Shown here piece after piece: positions 1-12,071 of a stretch of 64,000 nucleotides of DNA. The position numbers were made by a program, and so were the translations under genes. Where the stretch lies: NCBI GenBank assembly GCA_043228905.1, contig JBHGNT010000016.1:16802001-16866000 (forward strand), given 5' to 3'. The notes beneath the pieces were generated by a model. That model was given only the letters and a program-made list of their open reading frames with translations, ran no database searches and was not told the origin of the DNA. Position 1 is the first letter of the stretch. Every line of letters begins with the position of its first letter. Origin of the DNA: Azolla caroliniana (taxonomy: Eukaryota; Plantae; Polypodiophyta).

Positions 1-1260
1 ATGGAAGTAATGAAGCATATACACATAATTGAGAAAGGGACGATGTACCCAAATAGCAAGATCAAATGAAGACCTCAAGGGCAAAGTTGAGGGGGTTTTG
101 TGGAAATTAAAAACAAACTCAAGGGTATTTTAGAGTTTTCCCAACTATAATTTATGTTTCTATTGTTAATTCTTATTTTTGGGTTTGATGTATAGTTTTA
201 GGGTATTAAAATATAGCTAATACTACATCCATTCGATTTAGTATTTCTTCCATTGACAACATTTTTAATTCTTAAAATTAACAAATGATGACTCCACTAA
301 ACAATGTTGTAGGTCACTTCTAAAGTTGTTGAAATGATTAAATATCATATTGATACAATTATCATGATAAAGACTTGGATCAATTGAGTTAGGAAAGCCA
401 CAAATGTCACAAACATAAACATTTAATGGGGTGTGGGGCAAAGTTGGAGGATTCGTCATAGGCTCAAATGACAAAAAGGTCAAAAGTTCAAATTATTATG
501 TGTAATGATATAGATGCCTCCTAACTAGAAACCAAATAATTAAGAATCTAGAACGACGAAAATTAATATGCATAAAAGATATGAAGAATGAAAGATATTA
601 TTTTCAAACTACAAGGTGAAGGTCCAAATCTCACTTAAGACCAAAAACACCATATGGAGGCCATGATGGTAAAACAAACTAGAGACAATGAACCAAGTCC
701 CCTCAATAGATGTGAATGCACACACAAAGTCAAGTGATGGACAAAAAAGCTCCAAAGTCTTATAAAATGTCTAGGCTAGTGTTTTTACGTTCCTTTTTTT
801 TCAATTGGTGGGTGATTTGAGTTTTTCCTTTCTCAGCAATCTTGGAACTCAAGGATGGAGGAAATTAGGGTTTAAAAGTTTACTTTGGACTCATGAGTTT
901 TTAGAATTTACGAGGGTACGAGTGGTTTGACGAGATTAATCTAATGAGACATGATTGAAAGACGAACCCATCTCTCCTCCTAACTCACACTCAAACACCT
1001 TATTCGTAACTACGGGTCCCTACAATGATAGGGGAGGAAACATGATTTGCATTTAATTTGGTATGCGAACCAATCAACTTATAATTCACCTACATTTGAA
1101 CCACTTTGAGTGGCACGAGTCCATGACGAGGGTCATGTTCACGGTTTTGAAATACAAGTTGTGACAAGAAATTTACAGAGTTAGGAAATCTGCAAGCTCC
1201 ATGTTTCTAGTGGAGAGACGCAAATCGAAAACGATGCTAGAGCCACACAACTTGAGTCAT

Positions 1261-1924
1261 TGTTAAAAAGGCACGTGATTAGAAGTTATATTCGAGATAG
1301 ATTTACAAAACCACAAGGGATGTCTAGTGTTTCATGCTAGAAACAGAGCGAGTGAAGGGTCTCATGAGAGCACATAAATCGATCAAACGAACATTTCAAT
1401 CGATCAAACAAACAAATAAACTGATCAAACGAAGTTGCTCAGATGAAGGTCCGGCATGCATAGGCTTAGATGGGACAAGAGGCAGCCCATTTGCAAGCAA
1501 GCCTCACTTTATGGCTAGTGAATTATGTGCGATTCGGCCTTGCTTGCTACGTTTGGCCCAAGCCTCGCTTGCTTCGGAGGTCTACGCCTCGACGAGTTAA
1601 CGATAGAAGCCTGATCTACTATAAGCGCCTACAGATTGCGATGAGTAGCAGGGAGGGTTCAACAAAGGCAGTGGATGCGGAAATTTGCAATGCAATCATC
1701 GCTGTTGCATCAGAACTCTGTCTCGACGCTGTGCTTCGGTTCCCCCCGAGCCTCCGTAAATGAAGGTAGACGTAGAAACCGAGTCTACAAGCTCGACGCC
1801 GAGCCCAAGTTTCACACGCATTTAGCATTTCCCTGCCTTTTTCTCCTACATACACACTTTATATCCAACACTCGGAGAAACTCCTAAAATATCACATATT
1901 ACAGATATTTCTAACAACTCCCCT
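1261..1924 (-). mobile_element. Probable Copia 3' LTR relic with polypurine tract (left boundary uncertain)
   Basis: ...TTTCTAACA (1916) is followed by ACTCCCCCT, which reads as PPT AGGGGGAGT plus TGTTAGAAA on the minus strand. No partner LTR seen. Confidence 0.35.
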
Positions 1925-2599
1925 AAACACTAAAACTCTCACGCTGACGCCCCTAGACACTTAAACACATGTTCGCATTCACATTCACACGAACTACACA
2001 CACACACACACATGCAAATTAATGCACACATTTCTATCGCATACATTACATTTGTGCATCTATTACATGCATATTGCTAACCACTTTTACTCATAAAAAA
2101 CCACGTTATACACACAGATTGATTATTATGTACTTTTGGACATGGCACAACCATGTCTACACAAGAACACAAGCTCGGCACACATATTTACACACAAAAA
2201 AATGTGTTGACGCGAGAATCCATGAGAAGGGTGAGAAAGATGGTCGTAGTACCATTGACAACTTGGAGTTGGGGAGATGGAATTGATAGCTTTGTCAATG
2301 AAGGCTTATGGAAAGTGAATGGATATGTTGGCCTGCAATCATGCTTCATGCGATCCTCCCTCTTCAGTTTGTACAAGTATGCATGCGAACGTTTATACCT
2401 TGTGTATGATTATTAAGTTGTATGTGTAGGAGAATTATTTGAGCTCTTCAAAGTGCAATGATTTGAGGGCTTTCAAAGAGCACATATCTGCATCTCAATG
2501 CAATTGTGTGTTAATGTCGAGATTGTTTGGACTACAATTATACCTTTTCATTTCACCTTAAGCCATTTACGAGTAGCAAAATGGGTGAACATGGAGGGG

Positions 2600-3330
2600 G
2601 GGTTCCATCTATAAAGATTGCGGAAGTTGACACACAATCAACTTGGCCAAACAAAATGATATAACTTAGTGATAGAAAATAGAGAGAAAAAATTGAGATG
2701 TAGATTATAGAGAGTATGCATTACACAGAAGACTTTATCTTTCATTAAAAAAAATGGTCGACACCTACAACTGTGCTCTTAGAGCATCTTTTTTACAAAG
2801 CTCTTTTTCTTTCTCATAAAGGAGTTGGTTGACACAAGTACAACATACTCATTCCTGAGCACTGAAATCTAACTTAATTAGATTCCTTCTATACTAACTA
2901 AAGTCGACCTCATTGATCTTGACATCTCAACACTCCCCCTCAAGCTCATGTATGACATCTAGGGTTTGACAATTGGCACTTTCGGCCTTTCCAGCTCTTT
3001 GCCCTTCGACTACAACTTTGACCTTCAGCCCTTATGGCTTTGTCCCTATGGCTCCTGTGTTATGGTTGTTTCAGCCTTTCGACTTTGGTTACGACTTTGT
3101 CCCTCAAGCAAGGCGCATCGAGATACCGAAGTCCTAACATCTCTGAAAATTGTCACAACTTGTCTAGACCAAATGCCTTGGTGAACATGTCAGCCACTTG
3201 TTGGTCGGTCTGAAGGAAGTGCAAGTACACCTCTTTGCAAAGGAGATGCTTGCGAACAAAATGGTAATGCACCTCTATGTGCTTTGTGCGAGAGTGGAAG
3301 ATGGGGTTCTTTGTGAGTTGGATGTTGTTG
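2600..3330 (-). mobile_element. Copia 3' end relic: RNase H C-terminus, PPT and 3' LTR
   Basis: Minus strand 3120-3330 reads KNPIFHSRTKHIEVHYHFVR...QVADMFTKA. CTCCCCCT at 2933-2940 abuts an LTR end ...TCAACA (2932). Left boundary approximate. Confidence 0.7.
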
Positions 3331-3334
3331 AGAC

Positions 3335-4290
3335 TGCTATTGAGAATAGGACACTACTAGGTGCAAGCCGGAGTATGCTTCAATTGGCCGGTCTACACAA
3401 TAGATTTTGGCAAGAGGCCATCTCTACGACGTGCCATTTACAAAACCAATCTCCCCACAAGGTACTTGGTTTGAATACACCTCTTTTATTATGGTTTGGT
3501 AGGAAACCTAATGTTGGACACTTAACGATATTTGGGGTAATCGCTTATAGTCACGTCACTTCCAAATTAAGAAAAAAAATAGACCCCCATAGTATTAAAT
3601 GTATAATGGTAGGATATGGCGTGCCATTACCAACCTCTCTAGCATCACCATCCACTTCTCCAATGGTGCTACGTGCTATGCTTGTGGATGTGTGAATTGT
3701 ATTTCTATGTGGTATATTCTCAATTACCTTGATTTTATGTACCTCTTGGCTCTCCTCTTCTTCTTTCAACTCTTCTAATTGTAATGATTCTCTCATGTTG
3801 TTGACATGCTCCTTCCCATATTCACGATTATTTACATAATGTATAAGGGGAATATTTTGTAAGTTTATAGGGTATTTTGGGGATTGTATTTGTTCATAAA
3901 AAATGACGGATCGAGTATATATAAATTTCTTATTTTGTAAGTTAAATAATTTATATCCCTTAATCCCCTCCAATTCTTGGCAAACCCCAACTGAAAATTC
4001 TATTTTTTCCTTTCTAAATTCAAAATTTTCAAATTCTACCCCTTTTGACAACATCCACTCATCGGTTAAGGATGCATTACAAAACCCCGAACGACTTCAA
4101 TAGCAAATAACCATGCCAGTGCAAATTGAGTTTAGTGCCTCAACCCAATGGTAAGAATATTATTTCTTGCAAATGGGTACTCACAAAGAAATTTGATTCC
4201 AATGGAAAGCTTGATAGAGTGAAGGTAGGCCTAGTTGCAAGAGGATTTATCCAAATCCATGGCATCAATTGCAAAGATACTTTAACCATT
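3335..4290 (+). pseudogene. Degenerate Copia integrase/RT fragment with an internal inversion
   Basis: Plus strand reads ENRTLL..RSML..FWQEAISTTCHLQN..CIMVGYG, then LVPQPNGKNIISCKWV..LVARGF. The expected GIKGYKLFN..RSVIFYE segment lies on the minus strand (~3625-3985). Confidence 0.75.
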
Positions 4291-4699
4291 ACACCTAGTT
4301 ATGCATGCATGTACATCAAGTGGCACACAACATGTATGCCAAATGGTGATCATGCACAATTTGATGTACACTATATAAGTTGAACATATGCTTAGCGTTG
4401 AACCATTCTAGTTCAACACCAATATTCAACCACCTTTTAATCTTGGTTTATGGTAATACAAATTCTTGTCATCTTGTCCTGTTATTGTCTTCTCGTTTGT
4501 TATTATCTTCTTTTCTTGGACGTTGACATCTTCTTCAAATCTTGGGTCTTGACAATTTGAACTAGAGTCCACTCAAATTTTTTTTCCGAGCATCTAACCA
4601 AATATTCTTGTCACAATAGAGACAATTAATCAACAAGAGTATATGCGTATTCTATCCCAACATGACCTCCTAACAACAAAATTTGTCGCATTAGAACAA

Positions 4700-5705
4700 G
4701 AGAATCAGAAACTTCTTGGAGACTTATAACAAGTGAGTGTTGAAAAGGCACAACAACATGAGGAACTCTCGAAATGTATCCAACACCATGAAGCCGTTGT
4801 GTTATCTCTTCCACAACAAGCTTCAACCTCTCAGAATTTGTTAAAGGAACCCAAAATTAGTTTGCCAACAAAGTTTGATGGTACAAGGTCTCAATTTCAA
4901 GGATTCTTAAATAAGATACGCCTTTTAATTCATATGCATCCCAAACGATATCCAATTGACGTAGGTCGAGTAGGGTTAGTTGGGACATTATTGATAGGAA
5001 CTTGCACTAGCATGGTTTGCAGCATTGCTAGAGAAGAAGTCCCCAATACTAGATAACTTTCATACCTTTACAAATGAGTTCCAATCTAGCTTTGGTGATA
5101 CTTATAGTGTAAGAACAATAATAAACAAGATATGCAAATTGTGCCAAATAGATTGGCCAACCTCAACTTACGCAACATATTTTCATTTTCTTTCTCGTGA
5201 TATCCCTTGGGATGAAGTGGCGTTGAAAGACTTGTTCTAGCATGGTTTGCGCAATGATGTTAAGGACTTGCTCCTAACATTTCATGATGAACCTAAATCA
5301 TTGACAGAAACTACTAGTTGCGTAGTTCAATGCGACAACTGTTTGTTTTATTGACGTTTTGAGCACCAACAAATGTCGACACGCCTAAGATCAGAGCAAA
5401 CATATGCTGCAACATTAGCCTCACTAGCTTTAGAACCAATGCAAGTTCCCAATCCTAGTTCTTTTAATGAACCTACTCCAATGGAGATTGATGTGGCACA
5501 TCATCGAGGTCCTTTGTCTGACGCCGAGAAACAACAATGTCGAGCAAATCGACTTTGCCTATATTGTGGTGGTCCAGGACATATAGTAATACATTGTCCA
5601 CATCAACCAAAGAGACAATTAAATCAAGTAAGTACTGTTGAGAATTTTGATTCATGTTCCCCAGAAAAAGTTAATAAACCAAGAACTCCTGACGAAGGCT
5701 CTTAG
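4700..5705 (+). pseudogene. gag: Frameshifted Ty3/Gypsy (Tcn1-like chromovirus) gag
   Basis: EPKISLPTKFDG, PTPMEID and zinc knuckle CLYCGGPGHIVIHC, split over three ORFs. Confidence 0.8.
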
Positions 5706-5868
5706 TCCAATAGTTTTGATGCTCTAAGCCAATTTGATGACTTGTTAAACGAGAAAGTACAGCCAAAATCGGAACCATTTGGTTGGACCAACCAAAGCAT
5801 ATAGAACTTGTTGCTAGCTTAGGTTCCATTTCATCGAACCGAGTCAGTGAAGTTTTAAAGGTCACAAG

Positions 5869-5955
5869 TGTTGGAGACAAGGCCGTGTCGATGCGGAAGA
5901 TCAAGAAGCATTCGATTAGGTTTGAATACCTGCGTATGACAGTTTCTGAGATAGT

Positions 5956-5992
<37 letters not shown>

Positions 5993-6159
5993 AAACCACT
6001 TTCTATTTCCCAAAGCAATAATACAACATCCAACCATACAAAAGGGTTACAAGGTCACTATATGTAGTGACCGACTTAGGGCAACTACCATTTATGCTAA
6101 TTACACAAATGGCCCAAAGGGATAGTGTGAATACGTCCATTATACACTTGTATTCGACA
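5869..6159 (-). repeat. 3' LTR of Copia A (291 bp)
   Basis: TG...CA termini. PPT (CTCCCCCG on +) starts at 6160. Matches 11059-11347 except for the microsatellite. Confidence 0.97.
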
Positions 6160-6352
6160 CTCCCCCGTAATGGGCGTATACATGGGTTATCTAAGATTAC
6201 AGGTATAGACTCAGGTTCTCGGACATATCAGCTTTGTTCGAGTCGGCAGGGTCCGAAGGCAGAAGACCGAACTGGTCGGGTCGGAAGAGTTGAAGCCGAT
6301 CATTAGGGAACTGATGTCGGTTGTCCGAAACCATCCTGCGCTGTGTCCGGCT

Positions 6353-9300
6353 CTAACCGGACTGGTTTGTCGTTACGCCCATCTGATGCCGAAGGAACCG
6401 AAAGCGGTCTGCCGAAAGACACTTGGTCATTCCATCTGCGACATTGTCGGTTGTGGATATTTTCTCTAGACCGATTTTCCCTGAAATGACGCAGTCCCGA
6501 ACGAAGTGATATCGAACGTCGATATGTTTGGAGGCGTTGTGGTGAACCGGATTTTTCGACAAGGCAACAACACCTTGACTGTCGCTGTAGAAAACTGGAG
6601 CCGAGTCATGGTCGACTTGTCGAAACGTGTGCGCCAGCCAACCGAGCCACAAAGCTTCTTTTGCTGCGTCGGACACAGCTACATATTCTGCTTCGGTCGT
6701 TGAGGTCGTTGTGCACTCCTGAAGTTTTGACTTCCACGAGATTGCTCCATTGCCGAATTTGAAGCAGTATCCGGTTGTTGATTTCCGACTGTCTATACAG
6801 CCGGCGAAATCCGAGTCGGTGTAACCGACTACGCCAGAGGTTCGGTTCGAACCGAAAAGAATGCCGTGGTCTTTTGTGCCAGCCAGATATCTGAACACAT
6901 GCTTGACTGCGTTCCAATGCGATCGGCCAGGATTGTGCATAAATCTGCTAACGACTCCTACGGCATGAGAGATATCAGGCCGTGTCGCGACCATCAGGTA
7001 CATAAGGGAGCCGACTACCGGTGCATACGGTACCGACTTCATATCTTCCCCCTCCGGACCGGATGTCGGGCAGTCTCGCTGAGAGAGCCGAAGATTCATG
7101 GGGAGCGGGGTTGAAGCAGATTTGGCTGATTGCATGTTGAAGCGTTCCAAGACACGTCGGATATAGTCGGTCTGAGACAAAAAAAGATGTCGTTTATCGC
7201 GATGCCGACTAATCTTCATGCCGAGTATGTGTCGTGCCGGACCGAGGTCCTTCATGGCAAACTTCAACCGCAGTTGCCAAATGAGATCGGCAAGTTCGCC
7301 CACGTGGCGTCCAGAAATTAGCATGTCGTCCACGTAAATGATGAGGAAGATGGGTGATCCATCTTGAGCTGTGTTGGTGAAGAGACAATGGTCCTCATCG
7401 CTTTTGGAGAAGCCGATCGATTGGATGAAGTCGTCGAACTTCTTGTACCATTGTCGTGGTGCCTGTTTGAGGCCGTATAGACTCTTCCTGAGTTGGCAGA
7501 CTAGATGTTCTTGGCCAGTTGCCACGAAGCCTTTTGGCTGCTCCATATAGATTTCCTCCTCGAGATCACCATGGAGGAAGGCTGTTTTGACATCTAGCTG
7601 AATCAGCTCCAAGTTGTCGGCTGCCACTACGCCGAGTAGAAAACGAAGGGTTGTCATTTTCACCACTGGTGAAAAAATCTCGTCGAAGTCGACGCCATAT
7701 TCTTGTCGGAAGCCCTTCGCAACTAATCTGGCCTTGTACTTTGGGGTGGTCGAATCAGACGTCTCTTTTAGTCGATAAACCCACTTGCAAGGAAGAGCAC
7801 GTCGGTTCTTAGGTAATTCGACCAGATCCCAAGTCTTGTTTGCCCGAATGGAGTGCATTTCCGACTCCATCGCCAGATGCCAGGTGGCTGAATCGACAGA
7901 TGTCGATGCTTCTTCGTAAGACGTCGGTTCGCCAGCGTCGATGAAGAAAATTCCAGGAGAGTACCTCTCCGGAGGTTGCGACAGTCTCTCGGATCGTGGA
8001 GGTATGATTGGACTGGTCGCATCGGGTATCGTGGTCGGATGGTCCGAAAGCGGATTGTTCTGCTGTGCCGAGTCGGAGTTGTCCGAGTCGGTAGTGTAAG
8101 GTTCAGCTACCCGTGAAGCTGACCGTGTGTTGAGAGCGGGGCCTTCTTGAGGGGTCGGCACATCGGAAAATGTTACCCTTCGGACTTCGGTCGGTTTTTC
8201 GACTGATGGATTCATAGCCGACTCGTTGAACACAACGTCCGAACTTCGAACGATTTGTCTGCGTTCGGGGTCCCAGAGTCGGTATCCCATTTCGCCGTCT
8301 GATCCATATCCAAGGAAAATGCATTTCCTGGACCGAGGTGCAAGTTTTCGGCAATCATCTTTCGGAATAAGAGCGTACGCCTCGCATCCGAAGATCCTCA
8401 GCTTGTCGTAATTCGGCTTACTGCCGATCCATAGTTCCTGAGGAATTTGAAGTCCTAGAGGTCTACTTGGTGACATATTGATTATGTGTACTGCCGTGAG
8501 TAGAGCCTCTGCCCAGAAGCCATCCGACAGTCCGGAGTGTTGGAGCATGGAAACTATCCGTTCTTGGATTGTCCGATTCATGCGTTCGGCAATCCCGTTT
8601 TGCTCCGGGCTGTGTGGTGCCGTAAATTCACGTCGGATGCCGCGTTGTCGGCAGAATTTGACGAATTCATCGGATTTGAACTCTCCCCCATTGTCGGTCC
8701 GAAAGCATTTCAGTTTTCGGTCGGTTTGATTTTCTACCATAGCGAGCCAATCTGAGAAGATCGAGAAGACCCGATCTTTGGTGCGAATCGGATAAGCCCA
8801 CACCTTTCGAGTCGAATCGTCAATAAAAGTGACGAAGTAAGAGGCACCGCCGAGAGACTGATGCGGCATTGGGCCACAGACGTCCGAGTGGACTAAGTCG
8901 AGAGGTCTCTTGTCTCTTGGTGCTGATATCGGGTGTGATGCGGCTGCTTGTTTGCCATACTGGCAATGCTCGCAGAATTGATGGTCGGAGAAGGAGAGTT
9001 TAGGGATGTATCCGGCTCTAGATAGATGCGTAATGCCGGCCTTGCTGAGGTGTCCTAATCTTCTGTGCCATAGTGATGACACAGGAATATCCACCAAAAA
9101 CAGGTTACCCTCTCTGAGCGTAACATGTAACGGATACAGTGAGTGTATCTTGGGTCCTCTAGCAAGCAGGAGGTTCCCCCTGTGGAGTGTCCACCCTCCC
9201 GAAGAAAAACCGGCACGAATGCCGTCTTCATCTAGTTGTCCGACTGAGATCAATGGCCTTGAGAGCTCGGGTACATGTCGGACATTGTGAAGTACAAGTG

Positions 9301-10384
9301 TAGAGCCACCTGCAAGGTTGAGCTCTACTGTGCCGATTCCGATGATGTCACAGTGTTGCGAGTTACCGACTCGAACTGAGTCGGAGTGACGGATCGTATA
9401 TTGCCGAAATTGGGATCGATGAGGAGTCACGTGAAATGACGCGCCCGAATCTAAGAGCCATGTGCTCGATTCTTCAATCGTGAGCAGAACTTCTGATCCG
9501 ACTGGATTTTCGATTGATAGTATATTCGGGTCGTTTGGTAGCACATCAGCTGAGAAGCTGACGTAATTGATCTCCTCATGCCGGCCACTCTTCTTGTCTG
9601 ATTTCTGAGACTTGTCGTTCTTGTTCTTGAGTGCGCGGCAGTCGGCTTTGATGTGTCCGGGTTTCTTGCAGTAGTTGCAGATTCGGTTATCCCGTGACTG
9701 GCTCCGTCTTCGCTGATTGTTCGGCGGTCGTGAGGAATCTCTTCCTCGTATGTTCGATCGGTCTGTCGAACCTTGTACTACGTAAGCGTCGTCTGTGGAG
9801 TCTTTGGCGAAAGACTTTCTCCGAGCTGCTTCGGTCAGGATTGCGCTCGTGACTTCGGAGTATTTAACAGTCGTGGTCGACGCGTTGCACACGGTTGTGA
9901 CGAAAGTTTCCCATGATGAGGGAAGGCTACTCATGAGTATCATTGCTCTGAGTTCATCCTCGATTGCCGTCCCCTGAGATGAGATTTGGGAGCTTATGCT
10001 TTCGTACTCGTTGAGATGTGCTTGAACCGAATCAGATTCTTTCATCCGCAAGTTGTAGAGGCGCCGGATCAGAAACATCTTCGTTGCGACGACCTTCTTT
10101 TCGTAAGTGTCCGACAGTGTCTTCCACAGTTCGAATGTTGTCGTACACGATTGCACCGTAAAGTATACCGATTCCGATAGGTGCATCCGAATCGTGGCGC
10201 GGACGATTCTGTCCAGCTTCTACCACTCAATTGGTTTGTATCCTTCTGGAGGTTCTTCATTTTCGATGGGATCGATTTGCCCCTTGACTATGAGATAGTC
10301 TTGCATTTGCTCCTTCCAGAAGTTGAAGTTCGATCCATCGAACTTTCGTAGACTCATTTCTGACGAGCCGGATGTTGATGCCAT
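6353..10384 (-). CDS. gag-pol: Copia A Gag-Pol polyprotein; in-frame TAG at codon 55, with a 1277-aa open portion at 6353-10186
   Basis: CNYCKKPGHIKADC knuckle, WLLDSGAS protease, HHCC plus VHSDVCGP/RTDNGGEF/AERMNRT integrase, YVDD RT, TDSDFAG RNase H. The upstream frame MASTSGSSEMSLRKFDGSNFNFWK starts at 10384. Confidence 0.95.
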
Positions 10385-11044
10385 CAAATTCGGTTTCGGT
10401 TGACGAAGCTCGGTTCGGAGTTGACTACGAACCTTGTTGGAGTGCAGCCGGTTGGCTCACCCGATATCGTTCTAGTCGGATTTGAACCCGAGCCGGTTCG
10501 GCTTCGGAACTTGCTCGAATTGACTCCGGTAGCTTGAGGGACAGAACCAACTGGTCTTCCCGAATGTTGCCGAGTCGGAGTGAGCCCGGTTCGCTTCGGA
10601 TATATATGCCGAATACTGATTATTGAAACCGATTATCTGGACCGATTCTGCTTCGGTTGACTGCAGCAACGAGAGAGACGGATCCAACTGATCCTCCCGA
10701 ATGTCGATCAGCCAGATGAAGCACGAATTTGGGTTGTTGTCTTGAGACCGATCTGCACCGAGTGGTTACAATGAGCGGCGATTGATTACCTCTTCGGATG
10801 CCGTTTAACCGGGTGGAGCACGATCGTGTCAATGTTGCACAAGGGGATTTCACCTCGAGTGGTTACGATCACAAGGAACGGAGTACAGCCGGCTGGCTTA
10901 CTCCAGGCGAAGATGATCTAACGCGATGAGGTGCAATCCTCGTTTTTCTTCTTCTTCTCTCTTCTTCGAATGACGCAGGAAACCGAATGCTGTGCAGGCT
11001 GAGACGACGGCCGACAGCAGATTGAAGGATCGACTACTGTGCAG

Positions 11045-11056
11045 GCTCTGATACCA
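11045..11056 (-). promoter_or_regulatory. PBS (tRNA-iMet) of Copia A
   Basis: TGGTATCAGAGC 2 nt from the 5' LTR end. Confidence 0.95.
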
Positions 11057-11058
11057 GA

Positions 11059-11347
11059 TGTTGGAGACAAGGCCGTGTCGATGCGGAAGATCAAGAAGCA
11101 TTCGATTAGGTTTGAATACCTGCGTATGACAGTTTCTGAGATAGTGCACAGAGAGAGAGAGAGAGAGACACACACACACAAAACCACTTTCTATTTCCCA
11201 AAGCAATAATACAACATCCAACCATACAAAAGGGTTACAAGGTCACTATATGTAGTGACCGACTTAGGGCAACTACCATTTATGCTAATTACACAAATGG
11301 CCCAAAGGGATAGTGTGAATACGTCCATTATACACTTGTATTCGACA
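11059..11347 (-). repeat. 5' LTR of Copia A (289 bp)
   Basis: Direct repeat of 5869-6159. Confidence 0.97.
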
Positions 11348-11352
11348 ACAAG

Positions 11353-11585
11353 TTCAAATATTGATATTGTTTTGACCACAATCAAGTGAAATTTTGTAGG
11401 GTATATGGTCTCTTCAAAAGGTATTTCTATGGATCGAAAGAAAGTGCAAATGATTCTAGATTGGAAGTCATTAGCCTCAGTTTGCGATATGCAATGTTTC
11501 TTGGGATTCGCAAATTTCAACCGCAAGCTGATCAGGAGTTACTCAAAAGTTGGTTTGCCCCTCACAAAACTAACACAAGAAATTA
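11353..11585 (+). pseudogene. Gypsy RT thumb fragment, probably continuing the relic at 4700-5868
   Basis: GYMVSSKGISMDRKKVQMILDW...QCFLGFANFNRKLI. PR and most of RT are missing. Confidence 0.75.
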
Positions 11586-11958
11586 TACTCTATAAGCTTC
11601 CTCTTCCAGCATCTGTAGTAGTAATTGATGAACGTTGTCGCGAAAATCGCGTGAGTGTAGAAACAGGGCAGGACCACTTGGGTCATGAATCAAGGAGCCG
11701 GCCGGAGTAGGATGCTCATTGGGAGGTCTTTGGTAGGGTAGTTGCCAGCTGTGAATCCGATCTGGATCGTTCCCCGATGCCGGACAGTGAGTGTAACGGA
11801 ATGGGGACATGTAACATTCCGGTCAAGTCGTAGACAATAAATAGTGAGAACACAGGCTCGTGACTTGGGGGAAACACGAGCAACAAGTAGGAATAAGCAG
11901 AAGCGGTCTTCACACAGGGAATACAAAAGGCACAACAAGGCAAAATGGATTAGATGAG

Positions 11959-12034
11959 TGTAAAGAATTGATAAGGATTCAGTGCAACGGAAGGACTAGG
12001 GGTGTGTGTGTGTGTGTGTGTGTGCACGTAAGAC

Positions 12035-12071
<37 letters not shown>

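Larger units (their letters stand above)
5869..11347 (-). mobile_element. Copia element A, full length and very young
   Basis: Two LTRs, TSD ACAAG (5864-5868 and 11348-11352), tRNA-iMet PBS, PPT and a gag-PR-IN-RT-RH ORF. Confidence 0.97.

Noticed and set aside
1-1260. Possible host gene or promoter
   Set aside because: AT-rich, with no convincing ORF or splice structure. Probably decayed TE, and I could not assign it.
4733-5705. Domesticated PEG10/RTL-like gag gene
   Set aside because: Frameshifted, contains stops, and adjoins RT debris, so it is an ordinary decayed Gypsy.
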